DNA of 64,000 nucleotides from Acidimicrobiales bacterium. Lineage in GTDB: Bacteria > Actinomycetota > Acidimicrobiia > Acidimicrobiales > RAAP-2. The stretch covers positions 862 through 64,861 of the forward strand of contig JBKQMB010000044.1 of the NCBI GenBank assembly GCA_052326605.1, given 5' to 3'. Shown here one piece after another: positions 19,224-29,223 of the stretch (position 1 is the first letter of the stretch; each line of letters begins with the position of its first letter). A model generated the notes under the pieces. That model was not told the origin of the DNA. It ran no database searches and was given only the letters and a program-made list of their open reading frames with translations. Both the position numbers and the translations under genes were made by a program.

Positions 19224-21197
19224 CTACAGCTCCGGGTCGCCGAAGACTATTCCACGCCCCTGGCACACCTCGCAGGTGGTGGACATCGACTCGATGAGGC
19301 CCTCCGACACCCTCTTCCGGGTCATCTCCACCAAGCCGAGCTCCGAGATGTCGAAGACCTGGGTACGGGTCTTGTCCCTGGCCAGGGCGGCCCGCAGGGC
19401 GCTCCCCACCTTGTCGCGGTTCTCTCGGATCTCCATGTCGATGAAGTCGATCACGATGATCCCCCCGATGTCCCGAAGCCGCAGTTGGCGGGCCACCTCC
19501 TCCGCCGCCTCCAGGTTGTTCCGGTAGACCGTCTCCTCCAGGTTGGTGGTACCCACGTTCTTGCCGGTGTTCACGTCGATCACGGTGAGGGCCTCGGTGC
19601 GGTCGATCACCAGGGAACCGCCCGAGGGCAGGTAGACCTTGCGGTCGAGCGCCTTGTGGAGCTGCTCGTGCACGTGGAACCGCTCGAAGACCGGAAGCGC
19701 CTCGACCTCGGGGTCGAAGTACTCCACCCGGTCGGCCAGCTCGGGGTTGACCGCGCCGACGTACTCCCGAACCTGCTCGTAGAGTGCCCGGTCGTCGATG
19801 ACCACCGCCCGGTACTCACGGTTCAGCTCTTCGCGGATGACCCGGACGGCAATGGCCGGTTCACGGTAGAGGAGGGCGGGACCGTGTCCCTTGAGGGAGT
19901 CGGCGGCGATCGCCTCCCACTGGCCCACCAGGCGCTCGACGTCGTGCTCCAGCTCCTCAGCGCTGGCCCCTGCCGCAGCCGTCCGGACGATCACCCCGTG
20001 CCCTGGGGGACGGATGGCATCGACGATCCTGCGCAACCGCTTGCGCTCGGCGTCCTCGAGCCGCTTGGAGATGCCGTAGGCGCTGCTGTTGGGGACCAGG
20101 ACCACGAAGCGACCGGGGAGGGAGACCTCCTGGGTGAGTCGTGCCCCCTTGGCGCCGATCGGGTTCTTGGTGACCTGGCACAGGATGGTCTGCCCGGGTC
20201 GGAGCAGCTGCTCGATCCTCGGTTGGCCCGAGGCGTTGGCGGACTCGATGTCGTCGACGTCGTAGCGGACGTCACCGTGGTAGAGCACGGCGTTCTTGGG
20301 TGTGCCGATGTCGATGAAGGCGGCCTCCATGCCCGGCAGGACGTTCTGGACCCGCCCCCGGTAGATGTTGCCGTCGATCTGGGTGGCGTCGTCGGAGGCC
20401 CGCGAGATGTAGTGCTCGACCAGCGTGCGGCCTTCGAGCAGCGCGATCTGGGTCATCTCGGGCCGCACATGCACGCAGATCATGTAGCGGCCCACGGCCT
20501 TGCCCCGGCGCTCGCGGCCCCCGCGGCGGCCCTCGGCCCGGGTGCCTGCCTCCGGTCGCGGCGTTCCACCCGGAGCCGCCCGTCCCGGAGCGTTCGCGCC
20601 CTTGGGCGGAGAGGTGCCTGCTGCCCTGGTGCTGCCGCCCCCTCTCCCTTCGGCTCCCCCACCTGTGCCGGCCGCGGAGGCACGCCCGTTGTCCGGTGCC
20701 GGGCGTTGGCGGGTCCGCGTGCCGCCACCGTTGCCGCTGGTCGATTCGGCCGTCACGCCGGCCACCGTGGGCCGGGCCGGGCGGCTGTCACCGATCTTGG
20801 GCCGCTCTGCGGCTACCGGCGACGGTGCGTCCGGCGTCTGGGGCACAGCCGCGGTCGGTGCCGCTGCCGGGGACTCCGGGGCGACGGCGACCGCCGCGCC
20901 CTCGGGGCCCTCCTCTCCGGGGGTTTGGCCCTGGGCCCCGGGAGTACCCGACCTGCCGCGTCCTCGTCCGCCCCGCGATCCGCGGCGCCGGCGACTCTGG
21001 CCGCCGGGTCCGCCGCCCTGGTCCCCGGGCCCCTGCCCGCCGCTCGGCGGGGTCGGGCCGCTACCGGCCGTTCCCTCCCCGGTCGTTGCGCTCTTCTGTG
21101 ACGGGGTCTGCCGGGACGCCGCGGTCGACGACCCTGGCTCTCCGGGGACCCCCACCGGCTGACCGGCTGTTCCATCTGGCATCGAATTCCCTTCCAA
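19224..21197 (-). CDS. rne: Ribonuclease E/G family endoribonuclease (RNase E-like) with a long disordered N-terminal extension
   Basis: S1 and catalytic core (IYRGRVQNVLPGMEAAFIDIG...; DFIDM; zinc link CEVCQGRG), preceded by ~240 aa rich in Arg/Gly/Pro/Ala. The exact start is uncertain. Confidence 0.9.
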   Translation of the reverse strand: MEGNSMPDGTAGQPVGVPGEPGSSTAASRQTPSQKSATTGEGTAGSGPTPPSGGQGPGDQGGGPGGQSRRRRGSRGGRGRGRSGTPGAQGQTPGEEGPEGAAVAVAPESPAAAPTAAVPQTPDAPSPVAAERPKIGDSRPARPTVAGVTAESTSGNGGGTRTRQRPAPDNGRASAAGTGGGAEGRGGGSTRAAGTSPPKGANAPGRAAPGGTPRPEAGTRAEGRRGGRERRGKAVGRYMICVHVRPEMTQIALLEGRTLVEHYISRASDDATQIDGNIYRGRVQNVLPGMEAAFIDIGTPKNAVLYHGDVRYDVDDIESANASGQPRIEQLLRPGQTILCQVTKNPIGAKGARLTQEVSLPGRFVVLVPNSSAYGISKRLEDAERKRLRRIVDAIRPPGHGVIVRTAAAGASAEELEHDVERLVGQWEAIAADSLKGHGPALLYREPAIAVRVIREELNREYRAVVIDDRALYEQVREYVGAVNPELADRVEYFDPEVEALPVFERFHVHEQLHKALDRKVYLPSGGSLVIDRTEALTVIDVNTGKNVGTTNLEETVYRNNLEAAEEVARQLRLRDIGGIIVIDFIDMEIRENRDKVGSALRAALARDKTRTQVFDISELGLVEMTRKRVSEGLIESMSTTCEVCQGRGIVFGDPEL

Positions 21198-21203
21198 GAC
21201 TGC

Positions 21204-22031
21204 TCAAGACGCACGCTCCAGGGCGTGCACGGCGCGGTGGGTCTCCGCCGGGATCCCCCGTGGTCGGAGGGGCTCCTCACGGATGCCGTCGCGCTCGATC
21301 CACTGTTGTGTCCTACAAGCCCGGTCAAGGACCGGGATTCCCACTGACCTGTCACCGTCGGCGGCCTGCCCCTCCAACGGCCGAAACGAAGGGCCCCCCG
21401 AGACTGCGATCAATCCACGCACCAACTCGACGGGGCGGACCCCACGGGGCTGGGTGGCCAGCTCGGCCACCACCCCCACCGAACAGCCGGTGTCGTCCCG
21501 ACGACCGGCCACCACCGCCCGGTCGTCGGAGACGGCCAGAGCCAGTACCGAGGGCCGGAGGTCGTCGTGCTCCTGGCGGCCCTTCCGCTCCCGCACGATC
21601 GGAACCGAGGGTGCGGAGAGGAGGGACTCCACCTGGTGGCGCAGCTCCTCCTTCGAGACACCGGTGAAGCGCATGGTCCACGAGCACGACGTCACCAGCT
21701 GCTGCAGGGAGCCGGGGCCCTTCTCCACCGGCACCGCCTCTTCGACGTCGATGCCCTCGGGCAGAAGCGGGGTGAGCAGGGCCGGCAGTGACGCCGCCTC
21801 GATGCCCGCCGCCCTGGCCGCGTCGAGGGCCACGTCGACGTACTCGGCCAGCGACTCGCACCCGGTGGGCAGGGCCAGGCCGAAGCTGAGCTGGGGCCGG
21901 GGCGAGAACCCCTCGGTGTAGGCCAGCGGAAGCTCCGCCCGACGGAGGGCCCGTTCCCACATGCGGGCGACGTCCCGTTGGCTGGTGAAGCGGATCTTGC
22001 CGAGTTTGGCGAAACGGAAACGAATGCGCAT
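21204..22031 (-). CDS. TIGR03936/DUF2344-family radical-SAM-associated protein
   Basis: MRIRFRFAKLGKIRFTSQRDVARMWERALRRAELPLAYTEGFSPRPQLSFGLALPTG is the characteristic N-terminus. The ATG at 22031 lies 1 nt after the radical SAM gene's stop. The 437-aa maximal ORF extension does not look coding. Confidence 0.85.
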   Translation of the reverse strand: MRIRFRFAKLGKIRFTSQRDVARMWERALRRAELPLAYTEGFSPRPQLSFGLALPTGCESLAEYVDVALDAARAAGIEAASLPALLTPLLPEGIDVEEAVPVEKGPGSLQQLVTSCSWTMRFTGVSKEELRHQVESLLSAPSVPIVRERKGRQEHDDLRPSVLALAVSDDRAVVAGRRDDTGCSVGVVAELATQPRGVRPVELVRGLIAVSGGPSFRPLEGQAADGDRSVGIPVLDRACRTQQWIERDGIREEPLRPRGIPAETHRAVHALERAS

Positions 22032-22032
22032 C

Positions 22033-24120
22033 TCAGCCTCTCCCCTCTCCGACCCGCACGGCCTCATGCTCCTCCGGCCCGGGGGCCGAAACGGCGCCGG
22101 ACGGCACCGTGGTGAGGAATCGTACCGGCACCTGACCTCCGGTCGAGAGATCCTGACCGGTTCCCTGGCTGCCGCCTGCCGGAGGCACCGCCGAGGCCAC
22201 CACGTGCTCGACCCCGAAACCGGTGCACGCCCCGCAGTCGTAGCAGGGGGTCCACCGACAGTCCTCCAGGCCGTGGTTGGCCAGTGCATCGAGCCAGTCC
22301 TGCCACAGGAAGTCGCGGTGCAGGCCGGCGGAGAGGTGGTCCCAGGGCAGCACCTCGCCCTCGGTCCGGTGGCGGTACACGGTGCCCTCGAGGGACATCC
22401 CGTGCGCGGCCAGGGCATCGGTCCACAGCCGCAGGTCGAAGTGCTCGGACCACTCCTGGAAGGTCCCGCCGTTGCGCCACACCTGCTCGATGACCGCCCC
22501 CATCCGGCGGTCGCCACGGCTGACGATGCCCTCGGCCGCCGTGGCCCTGGGGTCGTGCCACCGGATGGTCAGACCCCGCACCGGGCGGGCGGCATCGCGC
22601 AGCAGGTGGATCTTGCGGGTCAGCTCCTCGATCGTGTTCTGCCCGAACCACTGGAACGGGGTCTGGACCTTGGGGACGAAACCGCCGACCGAGGCGGTGA
22701 CCGTGACCCCCTTGTGGTACCGGCGGCCGATGGCCACGCACTGCTTGGCCAGCGCCACGATGCCCAGGGTGTCCTCGTCGGTCTCGGTGGGCAGCCCGAT
22801 CAGGAAGTAGAGCTTGACCCGCTTCCACCCCTGGCTGAAGGCGGCGTCGACCGCGGCGTAGAGATCCTCTTCGCGGATCAGCTTGTTGATCACCTGGCGC
22901 ATCCGCCAGGTACCGCCCTCGGGGGCGAAGGTGAGTCCTGTCCGCCTCACCCGCTGGATCTGGGCGGCGGTGCCCACGGTGAATGCGTCCACCCGCAGGC
23001 TGGGAAGGCTGACCGACACCTGTCCCGAGCAGGACGGGTCGTCGATGATCGAGGTCACCGTCTCCTCGATGCCCGAGTAGTCGGCACTGGACAGCGAGGT
23101 CAGGGCCACGTCGTCGTAGCCGGTCCGGGCCAGGCCGGCCTGCACCATGGTGCGGACCTGCTCGGCCGGCCGCTCGCGCACCGGGCGGGTGATCATCCCG
23201 GCCTGGCAGAATCTGCACCCGCGGGTGCACCCGCGGAACAGCTCGACGTTCAGACGGTCGTGCACCACCTCGATGAGCGGCACCAGCTGCTGCCTCGGGT
23301 ACGGCCACTGGCCCAGGTCGGCGATGGTGCGCTTCTCCACCCGTGCGGGGGTCTCGGCGAAGCGGGGGTTGGTGGCCGAAAGGCTGCCCGGCCCGACAGG
23401 GGCCGACGGGGTCGTCGATCCCCCCGATCCGGACTCTGCCGGCGCTGGTCCGTAGTGGGCCTCGTAGCACGCCGGCACGTAGACTCCGGGGACCCGTGAC
23501 AGGGCACGCAGCAGCGACTCCCTCGACCGGAGCCCGGCCGGGTGGTCGGAGGAGTGCCGCCCCTTCGAGCGGTGCTCGGCCACGACCTCGTTGATCTCGC
23601 CGACCACTTCCTCCCCGTCGCCCAGCACGAAGCAGTCCACGAAGTCGGACAGGGGCTCGGGGTTGAACGCGCAGTGACCGCCGGCCAGCACGATCGGGTC
23701 GTCCGCCGTGCGGTCCGAACCGTGGAGGGGCACCGCGGCCAGGTCGATCAGGTTGAGGACGTTGGTGTACACCAGCTCGGCCGACAGGTTGAAGGCCAGG
23801 ATGTCGAAGGCGCGAACCGGGAGGTGGTTCTCGAGCGAGAAGAGCGGCACCTCGGCGGCACGCATGGCCGCCTCCATGTCCACCCACGGGGCGTACGACC
23901 GCTCGGCTACCGCGTCGTCACGCTCGTTGAGGATCTCATAGAGGATCTGCAGGCCCTGATTGGGCAGCCCGATCTCGTAGGTGTCGGGGTAGACGAGCAG
24001 CCACGACACCGCCTGGCGTCCATGCTCGGCCACCTGGGCGCCCAGCTCCCCGCCGATATACCGTGCCGGCTTCGTGACCTGGGCCAACAGCGGCTCAACC
24101 TGTGGCCAGAGGGACTCCAT
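22033..24120 (-). CDS. TIGR03960-family B12-binding-domain radical SAM protein
   Basis: VTKPARYIGGELG N-terminus, CxxxCxxC cluster (RGCTRGCRFCQAG), and long conserved flanks typical of this family. Confidence 0.9.
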   Translation of the reverse strand: MESLWPQVEPLLAQVTKPARYIGGELGAQVAEHGRQAVSWLLVYPDTYEIGLPNQGLQILYEILNERDDAVAERSYAPWVDMEAAMRAAEVPLFSLENHLPVRAFDILAFNLSAELVYTNVLNLIDLAAVPLHGSDRTADDPIVLAGGHCAFNPEPLSDFVDCFVLGDGEEVVGEINEVVAEHRSKGRHSSDHPAGLRSRESLLRALSRVPGVYVPACYEAHYGPAPAESGSGGSTTPSAPVGPGSLSATNPRFAETPARVEKRTIADLGQWPYPRQQLVPLIEVVHDRLNVELFRGCTRGCRFCQAGMITRPVRERPAEQVRTMVQAGLARTGYDDVALTSLSSADYSGIEETVTSIIDDPSCSGQVSVSLPSLRVDAFTVGTAAQIQRVRRTGLTFAPEGGTWRMRQVINKLIREEDLYAAVDAAFSQGWKRVKLYFLIGLPTETDEDTLGIVALAKQCVAIGRRYHKGVTVTASVGGFVPKVQTPFQWFGQNTIEELTRKIHLLRDAARPVRGLTIRWHDPRATAAEGIVSRGDRRMGAVIEQVWRNGGTFQEWSEHFDLRLWTDALAAHGMSLEGTVYRHRTEGEVLPWDHLSAGLHRDFLWQDWLDALANHGLEDCRWTPCYDCGACTGFGVEHVVASAVPPAGGSQGTGQDLSTGGQVPVRFLTTVPSGAVSAPGPEEHEAVRVGEGRG

Positions 24121-24176
24121 CTCCCCTTCATCCTAGGCGGGCCGTCGGGGGGATCGGGACCGGCCCGCTCCCGGGC

Positions 24177-26432
24177 TCAGCCGGCGGATCCCGCCTGGGA
24201 TGCGGTGCCCGCCGCCGTGGTCGTGGTGGTCTTCGTCGCAGCGGGGGCCGTGGGCGCCGCGGGGCCCGTGGTCGGCAACGGGATCGGACCCGTGGATTGG
24301 ACGATCTGCGGCCCGGGGGGGATGCCCGGGGCGGTGACCGGATGGGTGGCCAGGTAGCTGTAGATGTCCCGCACCACCGGTGCTGCCGCCGTGGCGCCGT
24401 AACCGGCCTGGTCGATGACGCAGACCACCACGTACTGAGGGTCTGCCGTGGGGCCGAACCCGATGAACCAGGCGGTGGGCTCCTTGCCGGGGACGGTGTC
24501 GGCGGTGCCGGTCTTTCCGGCCAGGCCGCCGGGGAAGTTGAGGCCCTGGAAGGTCCCGTAGGCCGTCCCCCTCGGGTTCTGGACCACGCCGGTGAACCCC
24601 GCCAGCAGGGCCTGGTAGGCCGCCGGGGGGAGGTTCACGTGCCCGGTGACCTGTGGGGTGAAGCGCTTCACCACCTGCCCTGAGGGTGAGACGATAGCCG
24701 CGGCCACCTGGGGGGCGTACCGGGTGCCGCCGTTGGCGAAGGTGGAGTAGGCCACGGCCTGCTCGATCGGGGTGATGGCGGTGGCCCCCTGGCCGAAGGC
24801 CATCTGTACGTTGTCACCGGTGTACCAGGTGGTGTTGGGGAACCCGGTGGGGCTCAGCGCGTGCAGCTTGAGCCTCTCGGCCTGGCTGTCCACCCGGCCC
24901 TGGACCTCGCCGGGAAGGTCGATCCCGGTCAGCTCACCCAGGCTGTACTGGGCCGCCTGGTCCTGGATGGGGGTCTGCCCGTAGGTGGCCCGCTGGTCGT
25001 AGAAGAGGGCGCCCAGGTTGTAGAAGAAGTCGTCGCTGGACACGGTGAGGGCGCTGGAGATGTCGAGGGAACCGAGCGCGCCGTCGCCCTCGCTGTTGTG
25101 GAGATTGCACGAGGTGCTGTTGTACTGGCAGCCTGGCACCTTGAAGGTCCCCGAGTCGTCGTAGAACTCGTTCGGGGTCCACAGCCCGGAGTTGAGCGCG
25201 GCGGTGGCGGTGTTGAGCTTGAACGTTGACCCGGGCGTGTAGATGCCGGCGATGGCCCGGTTGATGAGGGGCTCGTTGTTGGCCGGGTCGGACAGGGCCG
25301 CGTACTGGGCGGTGGTGATCCCGCCCACCCAGATCGACGGGCTGTAGGTCGGGTAGGACGACATGGCGTACACGGCGCCGGTCTGGGGGCTCATCACGAT
25401 CACCGCACCGCCGGTGGCCGCCGGGTAGCACCCGGTGTTGTTGTTGCACTGCGGATCGAGCCCCTTGCGGAGATTGAGGATCTGGGTGGCCAGGGCGTTG
25501 TCGGCCACCTGCTGGAGGTTGGTGTCGATGTTGGTGACGATGTTGTCGCCCGGCGTGGCCGGCGTCGTCTTCAGCGCGCCCACCACCTGGCCCTCCGGGT
25601 TCACCTCGAGCTGCTGCTGGCCCGGCCCGCCACGCAGCTCCGCCTCGTACTGGTACTCGAGGCCCGACTGGCCGAAGGCGTCCCCGGCCTGGTACCCCTC
25701 TGCCGTCCGCGTCTTGAGCTCGGCAGCGTTGATGGTCCCCACGTACCCCAGCGTCTGGGCTGCCGGATAACCGGTCTGAGCGGGGCCGGGCAGCTCCAGT
25801 TGGGGATAGTTGCGCTGGGTGGTCTGCACCGACGACACCCCGGGGAACTCGGACTGGTGCTCCCTGATGTAGAGGATGTCGGACAGCGGGGCGTCGGACA
25901 GGACCGGCACCGGCTTGTAGAGGCTGTACCGGGGGTCGGCGACGGTGGCGTCGAGCTGCGCCGTGGTCTGGCCGATCAGTGCCGCCAGCCGGCCGACCAC
26001 CGCCGGATCCTGTTGGGCGGTCACCCGGGACAGGGTGATCTGCTGGGTGACCACGTTGTTCACCAGCGGGTTCCCGTACCGGTCGAGGACGAGCCCCCGG
26101 GTGGGGGCGACCGAGACCACGCGGATCTGGTTGGCGGTGACGGCCTGGGCGGCCGCCGGCGCCTGCAGCACCGTCAGCGTCCACAAGCGCAGCCCGAGTA
26201 CGGCGAACAGGCCGACCACCACCAGGCCGGTGATGCGCAGTCGCAGGCCGGGCCGGGAATCGGTGGTATCCGGCGCGTCCAGCATCGCCTCCATCGAGAA
26301 GCGGCTCTGGCGCATCTTCGGCTGCTTGGCCTTCTTGCGGTTGGGACGGCGGTCGGACTCCGTGCGGACGAACCGCCGCGAGCCGCGGAACGGATGGCGA
26401 AGTGATCGGCTCACGGGAGACCAGTATCCCAA
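24177..26432 (-). CDS. mrdA: Penicillin-binding protein 2 (peptidoglycan D,D-transpeptidase, MrdA-type) with a Pro/Thr-rich tail
   Basis: N-terminal TM segment, PBP dimerisation region, transpeptidase motifs (STFK, SxN-like, KTGT), and a position after mreBCD. A start at ATG 26315 is also possible. Confidence 0.9.
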   Translation of the reverse strand: MGYWSPVSRSLRHPFRGSRRFVRTESDRRPNRKKAKQPKMRQSRFSMEAMLDAPDTTDSRPGLRLRITGLVVVGLFAVLGLRLWTLTVLQAPAAAQAVTANQIRVVSVAPTRGLVLDRYGNPLVNNVVTQQITLSRVTAQQDPAVVGRLAALIGQTTAQLDATVADPRYSLYKPVPVLSDAPLSDILYIREHQSEFPGVSSVQTTQRNYPQLELPGPAQTGYPAAQTLGYVGTINAAELKTRTAEGYQAGDAFGQSGLEYQYEAELRGGPGQQQLEVNPEGQVVGALKTTPATPGDNIVTNIDTNLQQVADNALATQILNLRKGLDPQCNNNTGCYPAATGGAVIVMSPQTGAVYAMSSYPTYSPSIWVGGITTAQYAALSDPANNEPLINRAIAGIYTPGSTFKLNTATAALNSGLWTPNEFYDDSGTFKVPGCQYNSTSCNLHNSEGDGALGSLDISSALTVSSDDFFYNLGALFYDQRATYGQTPIQDQAAQYSLGELTGIDLPGEVQGRVDSQAERLKLHALSPTGFPNTTWYTGDNVQMAFGQGATAITPIEQAVAYSTFANGGTRYAPQVAAAIVSPSGQVVKRFTPQVTGHVNLPPAAYQALLAGFTGVVQNPRGTAYGTFQGLNFPGGLAGKTGTADTVPGKEPTAWFIGFGPTADPQYVVVCVIDQAGYGATAAAPVVRDIYSYLATHPVTAPGIPPGPQIVQSTGPIPLPTTGPAAPTAPAATKTTTTTAAGTASQAGSAG

Positions 26433-26469
26433 GCATCGGGCCCGGAGCGGACGCGCCCCCGGAACTGCC

Positions 26470-27006
26470 TCATCGCAACACGCCCGAGGCGACGGCCGAC
26501 GTCGGCATGCCCTCGGTCGAGGCCTCGGGCAGCGCCCAGGACACCAACCGCAGAGCGGGAAGGGCGAGGACGGCGTTCACCACCGACACCAGTACCACGA
26601 TGCGCAGCAGGTCCACGTGGAGCATCTGCGGTTGGCCCAGCACGGAACCGAGCATGGCGTAGGCCATCTCGTAGAGTGCGCTCCCACCCAGCGCGGCCAC
26701 CGGCGGGAGCCACCATGCCGAACGGTCGAGGGCCAGCGCGGCCCCTCCCACCGCGAAGCCGATCAAGCTCCCCACCAGGGCGGAGAGGCCGAAGGGCGTG
26801 GGAAGGAAGAGGTCCGCCACGAGGCCGGCCCCGAAGCCCATGGTGGCGCCCCGACCGGGACCGCCGACCACGCCGGCCACGATCGGCAGCAGGATCATGA
26901 TGTCCGGATGGACGCCTCCGACCCGGAGGTCGAGCATGAGGGTCTGCTGGACGACAACGAAGGCGAACACCACCAGAACGACGCGGGCAAGGTCGCGAGG
27001 GGTCAT
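26470..27006 (-). CDS. mreD: Rod shape-determining protein MreD
   Basis: Polytopic hydrophobic ~178-aa protein immediately after mreC. The start is taken at ATG 27006. The 249-aa maximal ORF overlaps mreC. Confidence 0.8.
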   Translation of the reverse strand: MTPRDLARVVLVVFAFVVVQQTLMLDLRVGGVHPDIMILLPIVAGVVGGPGRGATMGFGAGLVADLFLPTPFGLSALVGSLIGFAVGGAALALDRSAWWLPPVAALGGSALYEMAYAMLGSVLGQPQMLHVDLLRIVVLVSVVNAVLALPALRLVSWALPEASTEGMPTSAVASGVLR

Positions 27007-27055
27007 CGGACCGCCCGCTCCACTGCGGGGCGTCGGCGGTCGACGCCACCGCGGG

Positions 27056-27895
27056 TCATGCCGCCGGGCCCCACAGCACCACCGACACGTACCTGAGGTG
27101 GGCCAGATCGGCCAGGGGTTCCAGGACGACGGACTCCTGTGTCGCCGTGGCTCCGGTCCTGGCGGTGACCACCGAGGCCACCGGGATGCCTGGCGGGAAG
27201 AGGGCACCCTGGAGCCCACTGGTCGTGAACTGCTCGCCCTTGGTGAGCGGGGTGTTGTTCGGTACCAGGTCGGCGCTGAGCGGCTTGCCCGAGCCTTCGC
27301 CGGTCAGCACCGCCAGCGAGCCCGGGGCGGGGCCGTAGCGCACCCCGACCGAGGACTGGCCGTCGGTGATCAGCCGTACCGTCGCCGTGTCGTGGTTGGC
27401 CTGGACCACCATGCCCACCAGTCCGCCGGCCCCGACCACCGGCATGTTCAGCTGCACCCCGTCGGCCCGCCCCACGCTGATGTCGACGGTGGCGGCGAAG
27501 TCGCTGGTGTCGTAGTCGGTCACCTCGGCCGGCACCGTCTGCAGGTTGGACAGAAAGGGCAGGTTGAGCAGCGCGGTGAGCTGTTGCATGGACTGGTCGA
27601 CGTCGGCCTGCGAGGCGATCTGCTGCTTGAGCTGGCCGATCTCGGCCTGGAGCTTCTGGTTCTGCTGGCGGACCGCTCCGTAGTGGACCGAACCGGCCAG
27701 GAAGCTCCCGATCGGCTCGACGATGTCGTTGACGCCGGACCGCACCGGGGCGAAAGCGTCGGCTGCCACCGACTTCACCCCCGAGGTGATGACGTGGAAG
27801 CTCCCCCGGGCGTCGAGGGTGATGATGGTGACCGCGACAAGGACCAGCAGCAGCAGGGTGGTGCGAGGGCGGCGGGACCGCCGCGGCATCGCCAC
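27056..27895 (-). CDS. mreC: Rod shape-determining protein MreC
   Basis: N-terminal TM segment, a coiled-coil (QNQKLQAEIGQLKQQ) and a beta-rich C-terminus. It is located between mreB and mreD. Confidence 0.85.
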   Translation of the reverse strand: MAMPRRSRRPRTTLLLLVLVAVTIITLDARGSFHVITSGVKSVAADAFAPVRSGVNDIVEPIGSFLAGSVHYGAVRQQNQKLQAEIGQLKQQIASQADVDQSMQQLTALLNLPFLSNLQTVPAEVTDYDTSDFAATVDISVGRADGVQLNMPVVGAGGLVGMVVQANHDTATVRLITDGQSSVGVRYGPAPGSLAVLTGEGSGKPLSADLVPNNTPLTKGEQFTTSGLQGALFPPGIPVASVVTARTGATATQESVVLEPLADLAHLRYVSVVLWGPAA

Positions 27896-27917
27896 AGGAG
27901 AGCTGCCCGCCGATCGG

Positions 27918-28949
27918 TCAGCGGGCCGACGAGGTGATGAGGACCTGCTTGAGGGCGTCGAACTCCTCGAGGCACTGCCCGCTGCCGATGGCGACGCAGT
28001 TCAGCGGATCGCGGGCCACCACGATCGGCATCCCGGTCTCCTGCATCAGGCGGCTGTCGAGACCGTGCAGCAGTGCGCCGCCACCGGTCAGGACGATGCC
28101 CTGCTCCATGATGTCGGCCGCCAGCTCCGGCGGGGTCCGGTCGAGGGTCACCTTGACGGCGTCCACGATGGCGGAGACCGGCTCGTCGATGGCCTTGCGG
28201 ATCTCCTGGGTGGAGATGACCACCGTCTTCGGCAGCCCGGTGACCAGGTCGCGTCCGCGGATCTCCGCGTGGAGCTCCTCTTCGAGTTCGTAGGCGGAGC
28301 CCAGGGCGATCTTGATCTCCTCGGCAGTCCTCTCCCCGAGGGCCAGGCTGTACTCCTTCTTGACGAAGGAGACGATCGCCTCATCGAGCTCGTCGCCGCC
28401 GATACGGATCGACTGGCTGGTGACGATGCCGCCCAACGAGATGACTGCCACCTCGGTGGTACCACCGCCGATGTCCACCACCATGTTGCCGGTCGGCTCG
28501 TGCACGGGGAGCCCGGCGCCGATGGCCGCGGCCATGGGCTCCTCGATGATGTATGCCTTGCGGGCGCCGGCGTACTCGGCTGCCTCCATCACCGCACGCT
28601 GCTCGACCCCGGTGATCCCCGAGGGGACGCAGATGACCATGCGGGGCTTGGCGAAGCGGCGCTGGTGCACCCGGTGGATGAAGTAGCGCAGCATCTTCTC
28701 GCAGATCTCGAAGTCGGCGATGACTCCGTCCTTCAGAGGCCGGATCGCCTGGATGTGGCTCGGCGTGCGACCGATCATCCGCTTGGCCTCGGCCCCCACG
28801 GCGAGCGGCCGGCCATCCTTGACGTTGACGGCGACCACCGAGGGCTCGTTCAGGACGATACCCCGGCCGCGGACGTACACCAGGGTGTTGGCGGTGCCAA
28901 GGTCGACTGCCATGTCGCGGCCGAGAAGGGAAAAACCATTGTCGCGCAT
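27918..28949 (-). CDS. mreB: Rod shape-determining actin homolog MreB
   Basis: [25 protein letters not shown]...[16 protein letters not shown] is a canonical MreB sequence. Confidence 0.97.
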   Translation of the reverse strand: MRDNGFSLLGRDMAVDLGTANTLVYVRGRGIVLNEPSVVAVNVKDGRPLAVGAEAKRMIGRTPSHIQAIRPLKDGVIADFEICEKMLRYFIHRVHQRRFAKPRMVICVPSGITGVEQRAVMEAAEYAGARKAYIIEEPMAAAIGAGLPVHEPTGNMVVDIGGGTTEVAVISLGGIVTSQSIRIGGDELDEAIVSFVKKEYSLALGERTAEEIKIALGSAYELEEELHAEIRGRDLVTGLPKTVVISTQEIRKAIDEPVSAIVDAVKVTLDRTPPELAADIMEQGIVLTGGGALLHGLDSRLMQETGMPIVVARDPLNCVAIGSGQCLEEFDALKQVLITSSAR

Positions 28950-29223
28950 CAGAGATGCACTCCTCCGTCAGTAGTGGGTAGGGACTTCGCGAGTGCGTGT
29001 CACCACACCTGGGCTCCGCTGCACTCGTGCTTCGCTGCAAGCGGCATATGGCTCCTCAGGCTACGGGAATCGGCGGGTGCGCACAAGGCCGCCCCCCCGC
29101 CCGCTCGGCAGGGAGGGGGTCCGAGTGCAGCTCAGGGATGGTGCAGACCCCGAGAATGGCCCGTCCCGCCGGCAGCCGGCCCGGCCGTCTCCCCAGGGCA
29201 TGGGCCCGTTCGGGCCAGACTCA

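Noticed and set aside
18555-21101. 848-aa plus-strand ORF
   Set aside because: It is antisense to rpmA, rplU and rne, all of which have unmistakable protein signatures. Its translation is low complexity and Arg/Gly/Pro/Ala-rich.
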